This document shows positions 57,800 to 64,000 of a stretch of DNA of 64,000 bases, piece after piece. The notes under the pieces were generated by a model, which saw only the letters and a program-made list of their open reading frames with translations, had not been told where the DNA came from and did not search any database. The stretch lies in the NCBI RefSeq assembly GCF_009914755.1, contig NC_060934.1. One strand, 5' to 3'. The stretch is from the human T2T-CHM13v2.0 reference genome, Homo sapiens. The translations under genes were made by a program, and so were the position numbers. Each line of letters opens with the position of its first letter. Positions within the stretch are counted from its first letter, which is position 1.

Positions 57800-59299
57800 T
57801 AAAAAAAAAGAAACAGAATGAAATAATTTAACATTTTAAGATAATATCAAAACTGATTATCAAATCTATTAAAATGTTACACACCACAACAATTAAGACT
57901 GAAAGTTCAAAAATATTTATTCGGATTTTGTTAAAAGCATATGTGAATGTGTGCATATATATATATTTCAATATGTATCTAATTATATTTATATACATAC
58001 TACATCTACCTACTATTTACCATATCTATCTATAAATACTATATATATATCTATATACTACATGTATCTATATATACTTAAAATAAAATGCATAAATGCT
58101 GCTTTGGCTAAATCATGGATAAATGTGTCTTTTAAAAAATCATTGTTCTTATTATTTATAATGGCAAATTTATCTCCTATATGATCATGATTAATTTGGC
58201 AATTGAATACAATTTGCCTTTTAAATAATTCAATTAACTTTAGTAAATTAAAAAAGTTTACTGACATAGTTGCAAAATTAAGAAAAACCTAAAACACTGC
58301 TTTACAGTATGTAGCATCCCTTTAAATGAAACCCTTCCAAGTGTGAAGAATGTGTTACGGTTTTATCAAATGAATAATCTTTGGGTAGAAAAATGGATCC
58401 AAATCATGATTTAAACTTTACAACCACTACAATCTTTCCATTTGAGCAAACTCCTTTTGGAAACTGAGATGGTAGGGGTGTTACCTCAGACCTCTGGGGA
58501 TATCCCAGGAAACCAAAGCTGCTCTAAAGGAATTGTACAAGATTGACACCAACAGGAATTCCTTTCCAGAATCTGTGAGACTGTAGATTGGGTGTTTAGT
58601 TCCACTGAGAAAAGGAGAAGCCACTGGGCTTTCTATTTACTGAAAAAACAGTCCTGAAGATCCTAAATGGTCTGTGCGTGCACGGAAGTTGCCAGAGGTG
58701 ATCAAATCTTCCCCTCACCCCACAGGGAGCAGACTGCAATCATGCACCTGCTGGTTAACAGATAAGCCCTCCATATGCGGAGGCACTCGCCCAGATGTGC
58801 AGAGGATCTGAGCCGGCCCAGTCCCTCCCCCATCCCCGCAGAACAAAGGGCGGTCATTTCCTGCTCCTCCCAGAGTCAGAGACATGCACACGCCTTCCAT
58901 CACAATTAACTCAAGAATCTGAAACACAACACAAACCGACCCGCAACAAGCTCAAAATCAATGCTGTCAATACCCAGAACGAGGACACCGAAAAAGCAAC
59001 ACAAAACAAACCTATTCAAAGAGTAAATACTCAAAGCAACAGGGCTCCAGTCAGACATACTACAAGGTCAACACATTCAAGACAAGTTCAAGTACGGAGC
59101 GCTTTATAAACTGAAGAGCTGGCTGTTCTCCCAGGGGTGGCAAAAGTAAATGCCTTCAGGGGACAGGTAATGGAAAGGTCTATAAGGTAATAGAGGGTGG
59201 ACCTGTCATGAACTGAACCATAGGTGCCCCTGATGAAGATTTCAAATGCAATTTTTCAAAATTTCAACTCCTGCTACATGATTCTTAAACAGTGAGTTG

Positions 59300-59690
59300 A
59301 CAATCAGACAGATAATAAAACAGAATTAAATATAGGTTTAGGGTGGATGAAATCTAAGAGTCAAAATCAGAAATGTCAAAAAGTCCACATAGGATGAAAG
59401 GCAGGGCAGTGATCCTAGCTTTCATTGTTTGAAAAGACAGTGATCATCTGGTTTATATCTTCAAAGGCAATAGCAAAACAAAACCTAAAAGAAATGGCTT
59501 ATTAAACTCTAATATGGGGGATTCAGATTAGTCAAATCGGTTCTTGACATAAGTAACTATCGAGCTGGATTACAGTAGGATTGCCACGTTCGCTTGGATG
59601 GCTCAAAGTAAATGGAGCCTCCGAATACTATAGGTGTGGCCTTATTGTAAGGCAAGGGGTGGACCAAATGACCTCCCAAGGTCCTGATTT
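59300..59690 (+). mobile_element. L3/MIR3-like 3' fragment
   Basis: ggggtggaccaaatgacctcccaaggtcct terminal motif. Confidence 0.5.
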
Positions 59691-61551
59691 AAATATGTCT
59701 GTATAGTCCACTTTTGGTTATCCAGCCCAAAAAAGGAGACAGTGACAAATCATCCAAAGCTGAAGATAATAAAAAGTTATATTTGCCTTTGGAATGTATT
59801 TTGGTACTCAAATTAGAATGTGTCTTTCTGATGCGCTGAGAATTCGCAATGCTTCACAACAGCCACAAAGAAAGCCTGACCTGGAGCTGGGAGACTGCCC
59901 AATTTTGCCATCCTGTCTTCTGTGTAACTCTTATTCTTTGCTGGGGGTGAGCAATAAATATCATCTTTCAGAATAACATCCAGCAGCCTAAGCTTTCTCA
60001 GACAGAGGCTGCTTTGCTCAACCCTGCCCTGGAAGAAGAGATAGGGGTCTCTCTAAATGGCTGATTTCACATCAAGACCCAGGATGGTCTAGTTCTTGTT
60101 TCCGGAGGATGACTCCAAAGTCCTATAGGACCCACATAAACAGCAAGCTAGACAAGGTTGAGACTTCTAAACCTTGTAGTCAGTGCAAATGATGGTCTAG
60201 CTTCACTAGCACAGAGGACACAAAGGCACATTTCTTGAAAGAGAAAGAGAAAAAGACTTCATTGAAGAGGAAGACGAAATGAATGCCCAGCACTTGGAAA
60301 GAAAGAAGCTGAAGGCTCAGGAGGTGCAGGAGCAATCCCCTGCACATCAAAGGACTGGCAGGATAAAGACCTGCACACAGAGCCCACATTTACGCACAGG
60401 GCTCAGGGAACTGACCTCAGCGACTGGGCCCATGGTGGCACATATCATTCCCTTTGACCTGGAAAGGATAGGGAAACTGAAAATTCTGCTACCAAACAGC
60501 TCTGCTTCTTCCCAAACAGACCCAGGCCAGCACCAGCCCTGGGGCCAAGACCTTCTCTGCTAGTTCTGTTCTTCGCAGCTGAAAGATGAATCTTGAGGAG
60601 AGCAATGCAACCTGTGCCTACTATTTCAGCATGCCTTTGAGAGAGATGCTGTGGAAAGGGGCAAAACGATAGCAAAAATAATGAAGTATGCTGTAAGAGG
60701 CTCTTTGCATCCTCCTTTAGTGGGTGTGCTTGGCCCTTCGCACCCTTTCTTTCCTTCCATCTGGAACCACGGGAAAAGAGTACAAAAGAGTGGGGGGTGG
60801 GGTGGGGGGGCACCCAACGGGTCTCCTGCAACAGCCAGGGCAGAAAGAGGGAGAGCCAGACCATGAGAAGCAGAGTTGGCTGCTCATTGTAGGGGCAGGG
60901 GCTGGGGGAGGAGTGCAAGGTACTGAAATCAGAGACAGCTTTGCAGTGGAGACAGGGAGAGGCTTTCCATGCTCTGAAAGGCTTTCCATGCTCTGCAATC
61001 TGGCTAGCTCCTTCCAGATGTCCAGGTCCCAGAAGGAGAAGAAAATAGGGTGAAGACACTTTCTGTTCATATCTCAGGTCTTACTTTTTTCCACATTAAC
61101 CTGAGGGAATACGAGAGTATACCATCTTCCAAGATGAAAGGAGGGCATAATAGTAGCAACTTGGGGGGCGAGGAGGAGGAGAGAAGGACGGTTGCCTTGC
61201 CATTCTCTGTCCTCTGTCAGTCCCCAGGGTCTATCAGGGGAGGCCAGGGTCACCAAGTAGGAGGCAGGGCAACCATCCAAACAGAACATCTCAGAGATGC
61301 ATCAAAGTCCTTTAACCAGAGATTCTGGCAGGGTGGCACATGGCTCTGGGAGTCAGTTTGGGTATGGACTTAGTGAGGAGGGTGTCTCCCTGATTCAGAG
61401 AGCAACTGGACAGTCACAGAACTGGACACAGGCAAGGCTGATTAACTGCAACCCTGCTCAGGTCACCCCAGGTAAAAAGCGTCATTACAATGATTCCATT
61501 TCTCCTTTTCTGTCATATTCAGCTCTTTAGTTTTTTCCTTCTAAAAGCCCA

Positions 61552-61738
61552 GAACTGTACTGTCCAATTCAAATGTGGCTATTTTTAATTAAAATAAAAG
61601 AAAATTTAAAAATTCAGTTCCTTGGTCACACTAGCCATTTCACATACTCAGTAGCTACGTGTGGCTGGTGGATTCCATACTGGACAGCACCAACACAGAA
61701 CATTTACATCATCACAGAAAATGCTTCTGGATAGCACA
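61552..61738. mobile_element. MER3-like hAT-Charlie MITE
   Basis: aaattcagttccttggtcacactagcca...gtggctggtgg...tggacagcac...agaacatttacatcatcacagaaa. Confidence 0.8.
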
Positions 61739-62189
61739 CCAATCTACATCTAGAAGGCCTAGAATTGAGCAACTCTACTCTTTGCAGTGTAGAAGAAATG
61801 AATAGACAAAATAAAAACTGTACTTTACAAACAATCTTTTCTATACATCATCACCACTAACCGCCATGACTACCCCGTGAGGCAGGCCAGTAGATTTCAA
61901 TATGCCCATTTTACTTAGATGAGGAAAGTGGGTCTGTGTAAAGTAAATTGCATAGGGTTTATAGATACTAGGTTGGCTACGGTTAGAATTAAAACCAGGT
62001 CTTCCAATTCCAAGGTCAAAGCTTTCTACTGTTACATGCAACTGCTGCAAATAATGTTACCCGCCAGTTACTTTAGTGCTACCAAAAAAGCTCAGGCCTC
62101 CCAGAATGAGGTCGACAGGCCCCTGTAGTGTTTTTATTGATTGACTGATTTTTGAAGTGATAACGAAACTTTGTACAGTGTAGTTTGGC

Positions 62190-62410
62190 AGCTGTAGAGT
62201 TAGGAAGCCTTGGGGTTCAGATCCCGACTTATCTACTTACTATTTACTTAGCAGAGAGCAAGTTGCTTACTGCCTCTGAACCCCATCTGCCTTTTCTCTC
62301 AATGTGGATGACAATACATTTACTTCATAGTGCTGTTGGGGATGAAATAAAATGAGGGATGTGAAATAAGATGATGCATAGTGTCTGGCACATATTAGTG
62401 CTCAATGCAC
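62190..62410 (+). mobile_element. MIR SINE; an Alu is inserted at its 3' end
   Basis: ggggttcagatcccgac...gcaagttgcttactgcctctgaacccca...gtctggcacatattagtgctcaat. Confidence 0.75.
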
Positions 62411-62414
62411 AATC

Positions 62415-62712
<298 letters not shown>

Positions 62713-63199
62713 CTCAATGCATAATAATTATCAATGGTGATTGGCAGAAATTTACAATGCACTGTCACACACAATAGCCTAGGAAGGCTTCAAGACAACA
62801 AGCCATTACAGTTATTCCCCTTTTTACAGATGATATCTCTGAATGTCAGTGAGTAAGAGACTCAAGGACATAAAACTGGAACGTTTACACCTTAGGGCAT
62901 GAACTCAGGCTATTTGGATTCCTAGTCTTATGCTTTTTTTGCAACCCAATGTTGGTTTTCAGGAGAGAAAGGAGCCGTGGGCAACAAGGCATGCTCAGCG
63001 GAGGTTTAGCTAACCCTCTTAATTTCCATCTTCCCCCCTCTTTGAAACGGTTAATTAATGTTTTCTTAGTCTTATGTAAAGTGCTGTGCAAAGGCAGCTT
63101 TGAGCATACCCTTCTACCATAATTGTCACCCTTAAGCCCTTCCTGTATAGAGATCCTAGAGCCCCACTGGTAAAGAAGTAATATCTGCATAATCAAGTT

Positions 63200-63482
63200 G
63201 GCTTAAATATGAAGAGAAGACAGTGCCTTAAAGCAGAGCATTCCAGTTTTCTCCCTGAAAAGCCTGTGGATCAAACACCCTTCTTCCAAACTTCCTTCCA
63301 TCCTGACCCACTGCAGTAGCAAAAGACAAGGTCACAGCACCCCAGAACCCCAGCTGAGCCCAGCCAAGCTGCAGCTGAGCCACAGACAACCACAGACCTA
63401 TGAGTGAGAACGTATGTTGTTGCAAGTCACTGGGGTTTGGAGTTGTTACACAGCCTTATTACAGCAAAATCTGATTAATATC
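63200..63482 (+). mobile_element. MLT1 (H/I/J-like) LTR 3' part, adjacent to the CRTAC1 donor
   Basis: ccagctgagcccagcc...tgttgttgcaagtcactggggtttggagttgttacacagc...gcaaaatctgattaata. Confidence 0.7.
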
Positions 63483-63510
63483 TGTCACACTGAGGGTGGG
63501 AGGCACTTAC

Positions 63511-63710
63511 CCCGCCACGACGATCTCAAAGTCCCCATCATGGTCCACATCAGTAACTGCCACACCATAGTTGAGCTGGGTGGGATTACTGTCATAGTCA
63601 GGAGGCAGAACTGAGTTGGTGACTGCAGTGAACATGGGTTCAGCCCGCTGGGACCCCTCAGTGATGGGCAGAAACCAGAGCAGCAGCAGGAACGGTAACA
63701 TCCTGGACAT
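63511..63710 (-). CDS. CRTAC1: CRTAC1 coding exon (exon 2): signal peptide and first Ca-binding FG-GAP-like loop
   Basis: Translates to MSRMLPFLLLLWFLPITEGSQRAEPMFTAVTNSVLPPDYDSNPTQLNYGVAVTDVDHDGDFEIVVAG, recognised as the CRTAC1 N-terminus. Acceptor tttgtcacttttggtttcAG (63711-63730), donor GG|GTAAGT (63505-63510). Length 200 bp, phase 0 to phase 2. Confidence 0.97.
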
Positions 63711-64000
63711 CTGAAACCAAAAGTGACAAATGTTACCGAAAGAACCTGTAACCAAAGCAATCCCGGAACATTAAAGTCCTGGGTAGGCCCAGAGTGCCTT
63801 TCTCTCCCATTCATGGAGAGCTTGACAGTGCCTAGGCTGCTGGCTTTCCACAAGCCCTGCCCTCCCCTCCCTTGCCCTCCCCACCCTCATTGAAACTGCA
63901 ACCTGACTCCATCATGGCTGATCGCCCTTAGCCTGCTCTGCTTTTTCTTTTTCTACAGCATCTATCATTGTGTGATGTTTGGTATAATTTACTTATGATT

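Noticed and set aside
60445-61059. 204-aa minus-strand ORF
   Set aside because: No recognisable domain, and no convincing splice or promoter context
63711-63755. N-terminal extension MVTGSFGNICHFWFQ of the CRTAC1 ORF in the track
   Set aside because: Intronic read-through across the pyrimidine tract and AG acceptor

Overview
Human (primate) genomic DNA, almost all of it one large intron of CRTAC1 (cartilage acidic protein 1), which is transcribed on the minus strand. The only supportable host coding sequence is a 200-bp exon at 63511-63710 (MSRMLPFLLLLWFLPITEG...DVDHDGDFEIVVAG) with canonical AG/GT sites; the next exon lies beyond the left edge. The intron is a dense, often nested mix of transposon fossils: Alu, MIR, L1, L2, CR1/L3, an RTE-X/L4-like LINE, MaLR/ERVL/ERV1 solo LTRs and DNA-transposon MITEs. 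It also holds a repeat-free CpG island at about 26.6-27.8 kb. I found no prokaryotic-type system, RNA gene or second host gene. The leads most worth checking are: (i) the CpG island, with a sense TATA-like element and an ATG-bearing splice donor that could join a downstream acceptor and ORF; (ii) a ~2.2-kb RTE-X reverse-transcriptase fossil whose YADD position reads as a (GCT)5 tract; (iii) two old local duplications, one preserving the empty site of a THE1 insertion and one copying an LTR/MER21 junction; (iv) apparent loss of poly(A) signals in gene-sense LTRs. Repeat subfamily names are from remembered consensus sequences and boundaries are approximate.
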